Origin: a virus
Lineage: Duplodnaviria > Caudoviricetes
Virus record (IMG/VR): IMGVR_UViG_3300047400_000090
Location: 22,008-86,007 of that record
DNA length: 64,000 bases
Strand: one strand, 5' to 3'
Positions within the stretch are counted from its first letter, which is position 1. Every line of letters starts with the position of its first letter. Made by a program: the position numbers and the translations under genes. This document shows positions 1 to 8,009 of the stretch, piece by piece. The notes beneath the pieces are model-generated. The model saw only the letters and a list, made by a program, of their open reading frames with translations. It was not told where the DNA came from and searched no databases.

Positions 1-492
1 AATCCGAAGACAGGCTCTGCCGGTATTACCCCATCGCCCCTGCTCTACTGCTGCTACTAGGTAAGCTGCCGTCTGGAGCCGTGTCCAGGATGGTACACTA
101 GACCCGGTTTTGATGTCAACCAAGTACAACTTTCCACTAGGTGTTTCATAGAGTCTGTCAAGCGTCCCGGCGTACCCTAGTTCATCCTCATAGACTCTCC
201 ACTCAATCTTTACCGGCCTAAGGGAGGAGTCTTTTAGGAAGGCCCTGTAGTGCTCCAAGGCTGCTTCCTGAAATTCCCCCTCTGGGAAGACTGGATGACC
301 GTTGTCTAGGTCTTCTAGGAGAGAGTGAACCTCAGTTCCGCGCTCTTTGTTGCCGTTGTCCTTGTACCACTTATCTCCTCCGCTCATTGCCCCAAGGATG
401 GTAGTAACCGAAGGGATAGTCTCCCCTGTTATGGGGTCGATGTAGGAGTGTGTTACCTCATCGAAGGAGATAGGTGGTTGAATCTTAAGCAC
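1..492 (-). CDS. PD-(D/E)XK exonuclease (RecB/Cas4-like), truncated by the window edge
   Basis: Not in the ORF track; translated by hand from a GTG at 492 overlapping the ERF stop: ...FDEVTHSY...IPSVTTILG...RGTEVHSLLE...IEWRV...GYAGTLDRL...LVDIKTG...LQTAAY. These are typical phage exonuclease motifs, and the frame is open to base 1. Confidence 0.85.
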   Translation of the reverse strand, partial: MLKIQPPISFDEVTHSYIDPITGETIPSVTTILGAMSGGDKWYKDNGNKERGTEVHSLLEDLDNGHPVFPEGEFQEAALEHYRAFLKDSSLRPVKIEWRVYEDELGYAGTLDRLYETPSGKLYLVDIKTGSSVPSWTRLQTAAYLVAAVEQGRWGNTGRACLRI

Positions 493-1282
493 TTGCAGCT
501 AAAGCCTTCCCTGTTTTCTCGATGGCGGCAAGGTCCGCAAAAGCCTTAGCGAGTTCCGATTGAGTCATGCTAAGTAGCGCCGAAAGTGGCTTTTCGTAGT
601 CGGCTCCAGCCTGTGGCAGGGCAGAGCTATCAGTCTTGCCAAAGTAGGCGCAGTAGAAACGCACAAGGTCTTCTCGACTTACTCCCTTAGCTAGTACAGA
701 GTCCCGCATCTCCTTAACGGTCACTCCAGGACTGGAGTGATTTGGAGCGAGTTGCCCAGAGCCGTTAGTTGGCTGGGGGGGCGCTTTAGGTGCCGCCTTG
801 GGCGCTTGCTTTGCTTGCGTAGTCTGCTGAGGAGGAGTGGAGGCTTTATTGGCATCGTCATCGAGTTCTGAGTAGAGGCTAAACATAGCTCCCAGGCCGT
901 AGCGGCGAGCATAACTAATGGCTGATCCAATGGCCTGTGGCTTGCCGTCTTCGGAGGTAAGGGTAAAGACCGAAGAGAGCCACTGGGAGGAGGCTGCGTG
1001 GAAGACTACGGTCTCTACGGAGATGGTCTTGCCTTCTACTTTGGGAGGCTGCATCATTAGTAACCCAGCCTTAACTAGTGGTGCCTTGATGGCTTCCATA
1101 CAGGCAGCAAGGTCGGCGTAATGGCTCTTAAAGTGTGGATTAAGGGAGTCCTTGGTAGCTGCCTCAATCTCAGTCCAGGCGGCAAGGAAGGCCGGGAGGA
1201 TTTTGTCAATCTTCTCTGAGGTTCGGAGATTGCTAAAGGGGAGCGAGTTAGGCGGTTGGGCCGGGGTAGTTGAGTCTGTCAT
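485..1282 (-). CDS. erf: ERF-family single-strand annealing protein
   Basis: KDSLNPHFKSHYADL and PQAIGSAISYARRYGL...DDDAN are ERF signature motifs; adjacent to the exonuclease. Confidence 0.9.
   Translation of the reverse strand: MTDSTTPAQPPNSLPFSNLRTSEKIDKILPAFLAAWTEIEAATKDSLNPHFKSHYADLAACMEAIKAPLVKAGLLMMQPPKVEGKTISVETVVFHAASSQWLSSVFTLTSEDGKPQAIGSAISYARRYGLGAMFSLYSELDDDANKASTPPQQTTQAKQAPKAAPKAPPQPTNGSGQLAPNHSSPGVTVKEMRDSVLAKGVSREDLVRFYCAYFGKTDSSALPQAGADYEKPLSALLSMTQSELAKAFADLAAIEKTGKALAASA
721..740. promoter_or_regulatory. Copy of the dispersed palindrome (inside erf)
   Basis: TCACTCCAG-GA-CTGGAGTGA, perfect 9-bp arms. Confidence 0.6.
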
Positions 1283-1430
1283 AGGTTATTCCTTCTTTCT
1301 GTGCTTTCAAAATCATTATGTTTTCGTTGACGGGGCCGCTAGGTACTGGCTTGAGAAATGCACGTCCCTTATAGGTTAATGGGTAAACATACACCATGTC
1401 AAGCATTAAATAGAATCGAATGTCTACCAA
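1248..1430 (-). CDS. Micro-ORF, array A, last and possibly degenerate member (IRFYLMLD...)
   Basis: ORF track; ATT-CGA-TTC-TAT-TTA-ATG resembles a mutated M-R-F-Y-L start; overlaps the erf start. Confidence 0.4.
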   Translation of the reverse strand: MVDIRFYLMLDMVYVYPLTYKGRAFLKPVPSGPVNENIMILKAQKEGITYDRLNYPGPTA

Positions 1431-1621
1431 TTGGGTACGCTCCTAAAGTTTTCCAGATGTCGAACTGCCTGTCGATTAAAGGCGCAGTACCCTCCTGCTA
1501 CTATCAGATCAATGGGTCCAGTCCTGAACCTCTCGGAGAATTTGCAGATGCCGAACCGTCCGCCCCAGAAGCTGCTCATGCCGCTCATGTTCTTACCGTT
1601 AAACATCATGAAAATTCTCAT
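1424..1621 (-). CDS. Micro-ORF, array A (MRIFMMFNG..., 65 aa)
   Basis: ATGA overlap with the upstream ORF; shares MMFNG and the 14-bp CCGTTAAACATCAT with 1821-2003. Confidence 0.65.
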   Translation of the reverse strand: MRIFMMFNGKNMSGMSSFWGGRFGICKFSERFRTGPIDLIVAGGYCAFNRQAVRHLENFRSVPNW

Positions 1622-1815
1622 GGTCGCCACCCTAGCGGTCCAATGAAGTTTCTCTCATGTTCTCTTCCGTGTTCAGCGAAGGGCGAGTCGCTACTGGCTA
1701 CCAAAACGCACCATCCCATGCGTTTCCTGTATGTACATTTATCGGATAAACTAGAAACCCAGTAGCCATTTACTAGGCTCATGTTAACACCGTTAAGCAT
1801 TCTTGTGATCTTCAC
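1618..1815 (-). CDS. Micro-ORF, array A (MKITRMLNG..., GTG start, 65 aa)
   Basis: MLNG motif similar to its neighbours; CVLVASS resembles the ASxY/YAS motif of array C. Confidence 0.6.
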   Translation of the reverse strand: MKITRMLNGVNMSLVNGYWVSSLSDKCTYRKRMGWCVLVASSDSPFAEHGREHERNFIGPLGWRP

Positions 1816-1820
1816 GTTGG

Positions 1821-2003
1821 CTACCATTTACATATCTGGAAGTTGGTCCAGTGCTTTCCTAGTCCACTTGTGCGGAGGCAGTTTTGGCCTGCCCAGGCGG
1901 CGATATTCCCATTGTCTTTCATTGCTCTCTTGGACCAGAGATTGATTGGGTAGTCGTCCTGCGCTGTTACATAGGCCCCGTTAAACATCATAAGGATTTT
2001 CAT
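1821..2003 (-). CDS. Micro-ORF, array A (MKILMMFNG..., 60 aa)
   Basis: Internal ATG of the track ORF; paralog of 1424-1621. Confidence 0.65.
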   Translation of the reverse strand: MKILMMFNGAYVTAQDDYPINLWSKRAMKDNGNIAAWAGQNCLRTSGLGKHWTNFQICKW

Positions 2004-2103
2004 TTTGGTAACCAATCTATTTCTGGTCTTCTTAAAGTTCATCCGTGAAGCAACTCTTTATGGTAATGCCCCAGATTAGCGGTACGGATAGGTAGCACTT
2101 CAT
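2000..2103 (-). pseudogene. Frameshifted micro-ORF, array A (MKCYLSVPLIW...; second frame ...RRPEIDWLPK*)
   Basis: The first frame stops after 23 aa (2032). The shifted frame ends WLPK-TGA, overlapping the next ATG as intact members do. Confidence 0.5.
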
Positions 2104-2246
2104 CTCACACGAGACCCTGGGTCATCCCCCTCTGGTGTTATAGCAAACTCATCCAGTAAAGAATCAACATAGACGTATGTACTCTTTTTTGAGCGAGTGA
2201 ACCACCTTGCGCTGGTGTATCCAAAAAGATAAATCCAATGTTTCAT
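2100..2246 (-). CDS. Micro-ORF, array A (MKHWIYLFG..., 48 aa)
   Basis: MKHWI start is identical to that of 23162-23434; ATGA overlap downstream. Confidence 0.65.
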   Translation of the reverse strand: MKHWIYLFGYTSARWFTRSKKSTYVYVDSLLDEFAITPEGDDPGSRVR

Positions 2247-2250
2247 ATAA

Positions 2251-2418
2251 TTACCACTTCGCAGCTTCTTCTTTGACTCCTTGAGACAAGTAGAAACGGC
2301 GCACCCCGTGTGCAAATCCTTTTCTGATATCCCAGACCATCCTGTCGTGGCACTTTGTGAAGTTAAGCATTAACTCATGGGGATATTCACAGAACAACAG
2401 GCTCATCCAGCACTTCAT
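2251..2418 (-). CDS. Micro-ORF, array A (MKCWMSLLFC...RRFY..., 55 aa)
   Basis: Translated by hand; its ATG overlaps the TGA of the vWA gene (ATGA). Confidence 0.65.
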   Translation of the reverse strand: MKCWMSLLFCEYPHELMLNFTKCHDRMVWDIRKGFAHGVRRFYLSQGVKEEAAKW

Positions 2419-3557
2419 TCTATCTCTAGCCTCTCTGCCCAGTCGGGGGTAGACTCCTTGGTGGTAATTGCCACAATCACCGGAACCGCAGGCTTAGAAG
2501 GCCAGTCGGTATAACCATCCGTGATGACAATAATCCCGTCTGCCTTCATCTTTAGCGCCGCCTCAATTCCCATGGTCATGCTAGTTCCGCCGCCGCCGAT
2601 GTGCTTCCCCTTGGTGTACCGTGTAACTGCCACATCGCAGTCCAGGATAATCACCGAAGGGAACAGTCGCTTAATTGATGCCAGTACCCCCAGAACCTTG
2701 GCCCCCTCGTTGCCCATTGAACCACTAGTATCGGCAACTGCCACAATCTTAGGGTTGTAGGCGATGAGCGATGGTCGAATGACTTGGTTGGCCTGCTGAC
2801 GACGGTGGAGCTTCCTGTATGAGTAATCCATGCGTCCACGGCAGGCTTCTTTGTGGGCACTAGAGATCCATAGCCGCATCAGTCTCGGCCATGGAGGCGT
2901 CATGTGCTTTAACTCGTCATCAGCCCACACCTCCACCCCAGCAGGTACCGATCCTTTGCCGTTCTTTTGAACGTAATCCTTAACGGCATTGGCGGTAGCC
3001 GTGCGTATGCCGTCCCCACTTACCTCATCGATGCCATCTTCTCCTGCCCCACCTTCCTTCTCGTACTCCTGGCGTGGACCACCAGCGCCGCTGCCGCAGC
3101 CTTTTCCGTTTGGCTGGGTATCTTGCGGCAGGTCGCGGTAGTACTCTTCTGCTGTAAGGTTGTCCGGTTGGCCGATTAGTGAAGGCAAAACAGCGCCATC
3201 TGGCAGCTTGCTTTTGTCGGCATCGTCGTTGATTTCACAGTCCCCGCAGATATTAAATAGATTATGATCACGAGGGCCGCAGCGTTTGTGGTGACGACGT
3301 AGCAGGTGCTCGATTTCGTGGGCAGTAATGACGTAGGCGCGTTTCTCTAGGGACAGGGCAGAGAACCACTCAAAATCGATGTACAGTCGCCAGTAAGGGT
3401 CAACCGCAATGGTTCCTAGGCCATCCACGGCCAGTGGCTTAAGGGGAGCGATGGCTACGGCGTAGTAGGGCCGCATTACCCGCGCTCCCAGGAGGGCCTC
3501 GGTTGCCATGTCTAGTTCGGACTGGGTTGGTTCTCGGTGTTGTAATAGTTGATTCAT
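2415..3557 (-). CDS. Putative metallopeptidase plus vWA domain protein (DUF2201-like), MoxR partner
   Basis: N-terminal HEIEH (HExxH); C-terminal MIDAS DTSGS...GGGT...IVITDGY. Confidence 0.88.
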   Translation of the reverse strand: MNQLLQHREPTQSELDMATEALLGARVMRPYYAVAIAPLKPLAVDGLGTIAVDPYWRLYIDFEWFSALSLEKRAYVITAHEIEHLLRRHHKRCGPRDHNLFNICGDCEINDDADKSKLPDGAVLPSLIGQPDNLTAEEYYRDLPQDTQPNGKGCGSGAGGPRQEYEKEGGAGEDGIDEVSGDGIRTATANAVKDYVQKNGKGSVPAGVEVWADDELKHMTPPWPRLMRLWISSAHKEACRGRMDYSYRKLHRRQQANQVIRPSLIAYNPKIVAVADTSGSMGNEGAKVLGVLASIKRLFPSVIILDCDVAVTRYTKGKHIGGGGTSMTMGIEAALKMKADGIIVITDGYTDWPSKPAVPVIVAITTKESTPDWAERLEIE

Positions 3558-3758
3558 TTCAGTTATACCTTGCCACTGTCCTTGTTGCGAATTTTCCGTC
3601 TACGGCCTTGGATAGCGTAGAATACCGGAAGGCGTTCGTTTGTCATGGCATAGTAATCAATCCCGCACGGCCTCATGTGCCCTTTGTTTGACAACTTGAT
3701 CGCCGAGACAGTTAGTGTTTTATGCCCCTTGCTTGCCTCCCGGCTAGTGAAAGACAGG

Positions 3759-4781
3759 CTAATAAGCCATGATGCGATCACCGAGTCTCTTACCCTCGTC
3801 TGGAACATCGCCAGTGGACTCAATCAGGACGTGCGCCGCCGTAATAACCAAGTCGGGCCGCTGCGCATCTAGGATCTTCCACGCCTTCTTAATCCGCAAA
3901 TCCCGCTCAGGGTGCTCTGCTAAGGCAGCCACAACCATCGAGGAGATAGTAACGCTAGCCTGATCGCCACGGGATGGAATTTTAGCGATCCCAGCCAGCA
4001 CTTCCTCAGGGTCCGGCAGGTCGAGCGATTTCTCCCAAGTATGCCACTGTTGTGCCGCCGCATCCCCAACCACTGATCCAACCAAGGCGTAACGATCTTG
4101 ATCGGCAAAGCCATGAGCACGGGATAGCAGCCGAATAGCCGCAGTCCATGAGCGAGGGGAAGGCCATGCCCGTGATGCCGCATCGCCCTTTGGTGGCGAG
4201 AGCAGTGCCGCAGGACTATGTTGAATCCAGCCGGTAATGCTAGTAGTAGCCGCTTGTTCTGCCTTGGTCTTGGGAGCTACTCCCCAGCCTCGTAGCGTGC
4301 CAGCGATCCAATTCTTGGCTTCTACGGTAAACTCAACGTGTGCCCACCGATTAGCAGTAGAGGCAGCCAAATAACCACCATCTGCCGCTGTTTCGGCGGG
4401 ATTAGCCGCAGCTACAACACGGCAGCCTGAGATATCACAGTCTCCAACCTTCCGCTCTTGCACCACACGAAGAAGCGCAGCCTGTACCGCAGGAGGGGCG
4501 CAGGATAACTCGTCCAGGAATAGCCAAGCCTGCTGACCACGCTGAAGCGCCTCTCGGATGCGTACTGCCCATGGCGGAGCCGAAGACTTGACGTTACCCT
4601 TGGCGTCCAGGGCGTTAAATCCGCCAACATCAATGGGGTCCATAGTAGAGCCAATAAGGGTCTCCATGTGGGCATTATCTTCCCGCGCTACGGCCTTAAT
4701 GCTTTCGGTCTTGCCGGTGCCAGGGGCACCCCACAGAAGCAGCGGGATATCCGACAATAGGTACACTCTGAGATTCTTCAT
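3759..4781 (-). CDS. MoxR-type AAA+ ATPase
   Basis: Walker A GAPGTGKT, Walker B LFLDEL, AANP, NRW and WPSPRSW. Confidence 0.9.
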   Translation of the reverse strand: MKNLRVYLLSDIPLLLWGAPGTGKTESIKAVAREDNAHMETLIGSTMDPIDVGGFNALDAKGNVKSSAPPWAVRIREALQRGQQAWLFLDELSCAPPAVQAALLRVVQERKVGDCDISGCRVVAAANPAETAADGGYLAASTANRWAHVEFTVEAKNWIAGTLRGWGVAPKTKAEQAATTSITGWIQHSPAALLSPPKGDAASRAWPSPRSWTAAIRLLSRAHGFADQDRYALVGSVVGDAAAQQWHTWEKSLDLPDPEEVLAGIAKIPSRGDQASVTISSMVVAALAEHPERDLRIKKAWKILDAQRPDLVITAAHVLIESTGDVPDEGKRLGDRIMAY

Positions 4782-4856
4782 TTGATTCCTCTTTAAAAAT
4801 TTGGTTTGGGTGGCCTGACCCGTTTTAAGGCAGGTCAGGCCGGTGTTGCGAGTCTT

Positions 4857-5216
4857 CTAGGCCGCTCGCTTAATTGCATCCTTCTGCGCCTTACGGGCAA
4901 GTACCGTCATGGGAACTTTGCACGGGCTAGCGATAAGGATGGCATCCTTGCGGAGAATGGAACCGTCTGCCATGGTGTAGCAAGCGGTAACCAATTCCGA
5001 CAGCTTGTCGGGGGTCGGGGCCATGGCCGGTGCGCCGATGGTGCTGTTGCCATTGGATACCGACTCCAGGTGGACAATATCTTTCAAAGAGACGGACAGG
5101 CCGTCGCTAGAGAAAGCGTCTACGGTTGCACCAATCAGCCACCCCGGAGGGATGAACATGATGTATGCCTTCCCGATCTCAAGATCGGCGGTAAACTCTG
5201 ATTTGTAACTGCTCAT
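4857..5216 (-). CDS. Hypothetical protein, paralog of 7261-7605
   Basis: LEIGKAYIMFIPPGW...LKDIVHLESVSNGNSTIGA aligns by eye with LTIGKTYVIHVMPGW...FKDVIFVESCVNGFDTIGA; SD upstream. Confidence 0.75.
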   Translation of the reverse strand: MSSYKSEFTADLEIGKAYIMFIPPGWLIGATVDAFSSDGLSVSLKDIVHLESVSNGNSTIGAPAMAPTPDKLSELVTACYTMADGSILRKDAILIASPCKVPMTVLARKAQKDAIKRAA

Positions 5217-5264
5217 TCTGATTTAAGTCTCCTTTTGACTTCACTTCTTCATTCTGACTACTAA

Positions 5265-5293
5265 ACTGTACAGCACTAACAAAACTTTATCAA
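5265..5293 (-). promoter_or_regulatory. sigma70-type promoter
   Basis: TTGATA-17 bp-TACAGT upstream of the 4857-5216/MoxR operon. Confidence 0.6.
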
Positions 5294-5446
5294 CATCTTC
5301 TGTCGCATTAAAAGGCTTTCTTTACCTCCTACCGCGTTGCTTCTGCTTGACTCGGCCACGAAGTAGTACTCCCTCTCGACTTGGGCAAACAGTCTCCAGT
5401 GGTTCCCCGCCAAGTCACAGTACATTAAATAGCGATATGGCTTCAT
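5276..5446 (-). CDS. Micro-ORF, array B (MKPYRYLMYC..., 56 aa)
   Basis: Translated by hand; ATGA overlap; MKPY start. Confidence 0.6.
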   Translation of the reverse strand: MKPYRYLMYCDLAGNHWRLFAQVEREYYFVAESSRSNAVGGKESLLMRQKMLIKFC

Positions 5447-5631
5447 CTAGACCTGCTGTTGTACTTTACCAGCGCTCTCTGTCTTGGCGTACGGGAAGCG
5501 ATGCAGGCACCATTAAACTCCCGAGAATCACTAAGTAAAGATATTATGCAATCCGTGCCGTGCTGGATTGCTAGAGCAAAGCACCCCAGGTCTCCGCTCT
5601 GCCAGTGAAGGCAGTAATGGTATGGCTTCAT
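5443..5631 (-). CDS. Micro-ORF, array B (MKPYHYCLHW..., 62 aa)
   Basis: MKPY start; CIAS motif; coupled to neighbours on both sides. Confidence 0.65.
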   Translation of the reverse strand: MKPYHYCLHWQSGDLGCFALAIQHGTDCIISLLSDSREFNGACIASRTPRQRALVKYNSRSR

Positions 5632-5789
5632 CATTTGTAGAATCTCCTGGTCCTTTTGTCATCTGGAAGATCGAAGATTTCCCTCATTATAGAAACGAAA
5701 TGAATCGGAATCCATCCCCTGGTATCGATTCTCTGATAGGCTACTCCGCGATGTCTGTAATTGGTTCCATACCAGAGTGACGTTCTCAT
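5631..5789 (-). CDS. Micro-ORF, array B (MRTSLWYG...RRFYK, 52 aa)
   Basis: Translated by hand; TAATG and TGATG overlaps; RRFY shared with 21069-21236 and 2251-2418. Confidence 0.6.
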   Translation of the reverse strand: MRTSLWYGTNYRHRGVAYQRIDTRGWIPIHFVSIMREIFDLPDDKRTRRFYK

Positions 5790-5971
5790 TAGCAATACTT
5801 CCTTGCGCTCCTGATTCTTAATTTACCCTTAGCTATCACGCGAAACAGAATCGCTTCGCTGGGAAGTATAGAAACAAGAGAAATCATTGTGCCCCCATTT
5901 CCGTTGACTCTTGAGACGTAGGCGACGTTATGGTATCCGTAATAAAGCGAAGACAACATGGCCGCTCTCAT
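5789..5971 (-). CDS. Micro-ORF, array B (MRAAMLSSLYY..., 60 aa)
   Basis: ORF track; ATGA overlap upstream. Confidence 0.55.
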   Translation of the reverse strand: MRAAMLSSLYYGYHNVAYVSRVNGNGGTMISLVSILPSEAILFRVIAKGKLRIRSARKYC

Positions 5972-6087
5972 TTTGCGACTATCCGCTCCACTATGAGGCT
6001 AATTACCACGCTCCACGCTACTACAATCAGCGCCAGTACAACCAGCACGATAAGGACGGATGCCCAGTACTTCGCATCTCTCTTCAT
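5968..6087 (-). CDS. Small single-pass membrane protein (39 aa)
   Basis: Translated by hand: MKRDAKYWASVLIVLVVLALIVVAWSVVISLIVERIVAK; ATGA overlaps on both sides. Confidence 0.6.
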   Translation of the reverse strand: MKRDAKYWASVLIVLVVLALIVVAWSVVISLIVERIVAK

Positions 6088-6287
6088 CTCATTCTCTCCC
6101 CCGCAAAGGTGTGCAGCCTGCGTACCGCCTCGTCATCCTCGATGTCGCCGTTCACTAGGTCAACCATAAACTCCGATAGCCAGCGAGTCTTTAGGCCGAT
6201 AACGGGGCTGCTGACCATTACCGAGAAGAACTCGTAGATCTCCCTGGAGCTACGCGCCCTCTTGTGAGTAGAGAATGGCTTAGTCAT
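6084..6287 (-). CDS. Hypothetical protein
   Basis: ORF track; tightly packed in the operon. Confidence 0.6.
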   Translation of the reverse strand: MTKPFSTHKRARSSREIYEFFSVMVSSPVIGLKTRWLSEFMVDLVNGDIEDDEAVRRLHTFAGERMR

Positions 6288-6290
6288 GGG

Positions 6291-6458
6291 TTACTCGAAG
6301 TCTGGTCCGTTCCGCAGTACGGAGATCCCCTTCTCGATTAGGATCTTGTACATGGCCGAGGTGGTAATGTTTCGCATCAGCGCCATGATCTTGACCTCTC
6401 GGTGCAGGTCTCCCAGGTCTAGGGATAGTTGTGTCTTCTTTGGTTCGTTCTCAGTCAT
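6291..6458 (-). CDS. Putative ribbon-helix-helix DNA-binding protein (55 aa)
   Basis: Translated by hand: KKTQLSLDLGDLHREVKIMALMRNITTSAMYKILIEKGI shows an alternating beta strand followed by two helices (Arc/CopG pattern). Confidence 0.5.
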   Translation of the reverse strand: MTENEPKKTQLSLDLGDLHREVKIMALMRNITTSAMYKILIEKGISVLRNGPDFE

Positions 6459-6878
6459 TTAGTCCTCCACTTTCTTGTATCCCGCGTGGATAAAGGTTTT
6501 TCTTGCCATTACCGCCTTGTTTAGCGCCGCGTAGAGCATTTCCGAAGCACCTAGGGATAGATCCTTGTCAATCTCTGCTGCGATTTCCCTTAGGGATTGC
6601 TCTACCGTGCTTTCATAGCGCAGTCCGAAACCCTTGTCTTGTTGGTTAAGTTTATAACTCACGTCTGATCCTTCTAATAAAACAATTGGCGGTGGCTCTC
6701 GAATTTGGGAAGCCTCAAACCAATCGATTAGGCAAAGACTATCCGTAGGTGGTACTGGGTCAGGGTTGCCCCACATTCTTACAAGATGGTTCATTTGACT
6801 CTTTCCTCCATAAATCTCTGGTACTTCCACTTGTCTCACTCGAACATAATAACTGTTTCTGTCATTCTGATTCTCCAC
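6459..6878 (-). CDS. Hypothetical protein
   Basis: ORF track; operon packing. Confidence 0.65.
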   Translation of the reverse strand: MENQNDRNSYYVRVRQVEVPEIYGGKSQMNHLVRMWGNPDPVPPTDSLCLIDWFEASQIREPPPIVLLEGSDVSYKLNQQDKGFGLRYESTVEQSLREIAAEIDKDLSLGASEMLYAALNKAVMARKTFIHAGYKKVED

Positions 6879-7230
6879 GGACTGTCACCGAAAGAATCTG
6901 GGTGTCGTCCTTGTCGGTGTATACGTGCCCTCTCAATCTCAATTTAGTTACCTCTACCTTGGGACTCCCATATTCTTCCAACTCTGCGTTAAGCTCCTCC
7001 GCTTCCCTTACAAGCAGATTGTCGAAGGGAGAGCACTTGAATAGCCTGATGATAGTGTCCCCTTCTTTCCTTTTATCAGTGCGCTTCCAGTTGTCACGGT
7101 TCCAGATTTTATCCCAGTGTTCGTCTTCTCCTGCCGCCAGATCCTGACCGTATTGGTCAGTCAAAAGATATCTATTTAATTGCGTCCAATCTACAATGGC
7201 CGCTTTGCAGTCCTCACTAGTAATGCTCAT
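6862..7230 (-). CDS. Hypothetical protein
   Basis: ORF track; AGAGGA SD upstream. Confidence 0.7.
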   Translation of the reverse strand: MSITSEDCKAAIVDWTQLNRYLLTDQYGQDLAAGEDEHWDKIWNRDNWKRTDKRKEGDTIIRLFKCSPFDNLLVREAEELNAELEEYGSPKVEVTKLRLRGHVYTDKDDTQILSVTVRGESE

Positions 7231-7260
7231 TTGATCCTCTCTTTTGTGGTGGCGGTAGCC

Positions 7261-7605
7261 CTACATGCCGCGCCGCTTCCCTTTACTATCCCCTGGCAAT
7301 CCGGCCATAGATGTTAGGCACTCCACGACTAGGCCGATGGAGTGGTGCGGGAGAATCAATCCATTAGTCCACGGATAATATGTATTGAGTCGGTCTTTCA
7401 GTTCTTGAGTGTCCTTCGCCGTAGAAACCGCGCCTATGGTATCAAACCCATTGACACACGACTCAACAAAAATGACATCCTTAAACTTTGCGGCAGTTCT
7501 GTTTGCTAGGATACTGTCTAAGGTTCCTGAGACAATCCACCCCGGCATGACATGAATGACGTAAGTCTTCCCAATTGTGAGCGATTGCAGTACTGTGTTT
7601 TCCAT
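7261..7605 (-). CDS. Hypothetical protein, paralog of 4857-5216
   Basis: See 4857-5216. Confidence 0.75.
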   Translation of the reverse strand: MENTVLQSLTIGKTYVIHVMPGWIVSGTLDSILANRTAAKFKDVIFVESCVNGFDTIGAVSTAKDTQELKDRLNTYYPWTNGLILPHHSIGLVVECLTSMAGLPGDSKGKRRGM

Positions 7606-7607
7606 TG

Positions 7608-8009
7608 TTACTTGATCCTCTCTTCTACGAAATTCTGGTATTTCTTTGTCTCATTTCCGTGGCTGGCAGGTGCGTGTAGCGCCACAATCTGTCTAACTGT
7701 CAATCCATCCGCCAGTCGCCGCGCTATTAGCCGGTGTAGGGCCATCCAGCCGTCTTCTGGCGTCTTGCACTTGGCATACCCGGCACTGCCGCGTTTACAC
7801 CCAGGCTGCCCCTTGTAGAGTAGTGCGCCAGGATTGTTGTACCGCTGTGCCATGGTTCCGGGTTTATTGTACCCCTCGTAGTCTGCCATGGCAAGGCTTA
7901 CTTTGTAGGCCGTCCGCTCGAACTCCAGCACTGGAGTGATTGGAGCCTCTAGAGTGGCTGGGCCAATGGCCAGGATGGTTAGGTTCGCTATTACCGTAGG
8001 TAGGTTCAT
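7608..8009 (-). CDS. Lysozyme-like protein with hydrophobic N-terminus
   Basis: EG...RYNNPGAL...GYAKCKTPEDGWMAL...TVRQIVALHAP...NETKKY matches the pattern of NNPGNL-type lysozyme-fold phage proteins. Confidence 0.6.
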   Translation of the reverse strand: MNLPTVIANLTILAIGPATLEAPITPVLEFERTAYKVSLAMADYEGYNKPGTMAQRYNNPGALLYKGQPGCKRGSAGYAKCKTPEDGWMALHRLIARRLADGLTVRQIVALHAPASHGNETKKYQNFVEERIK

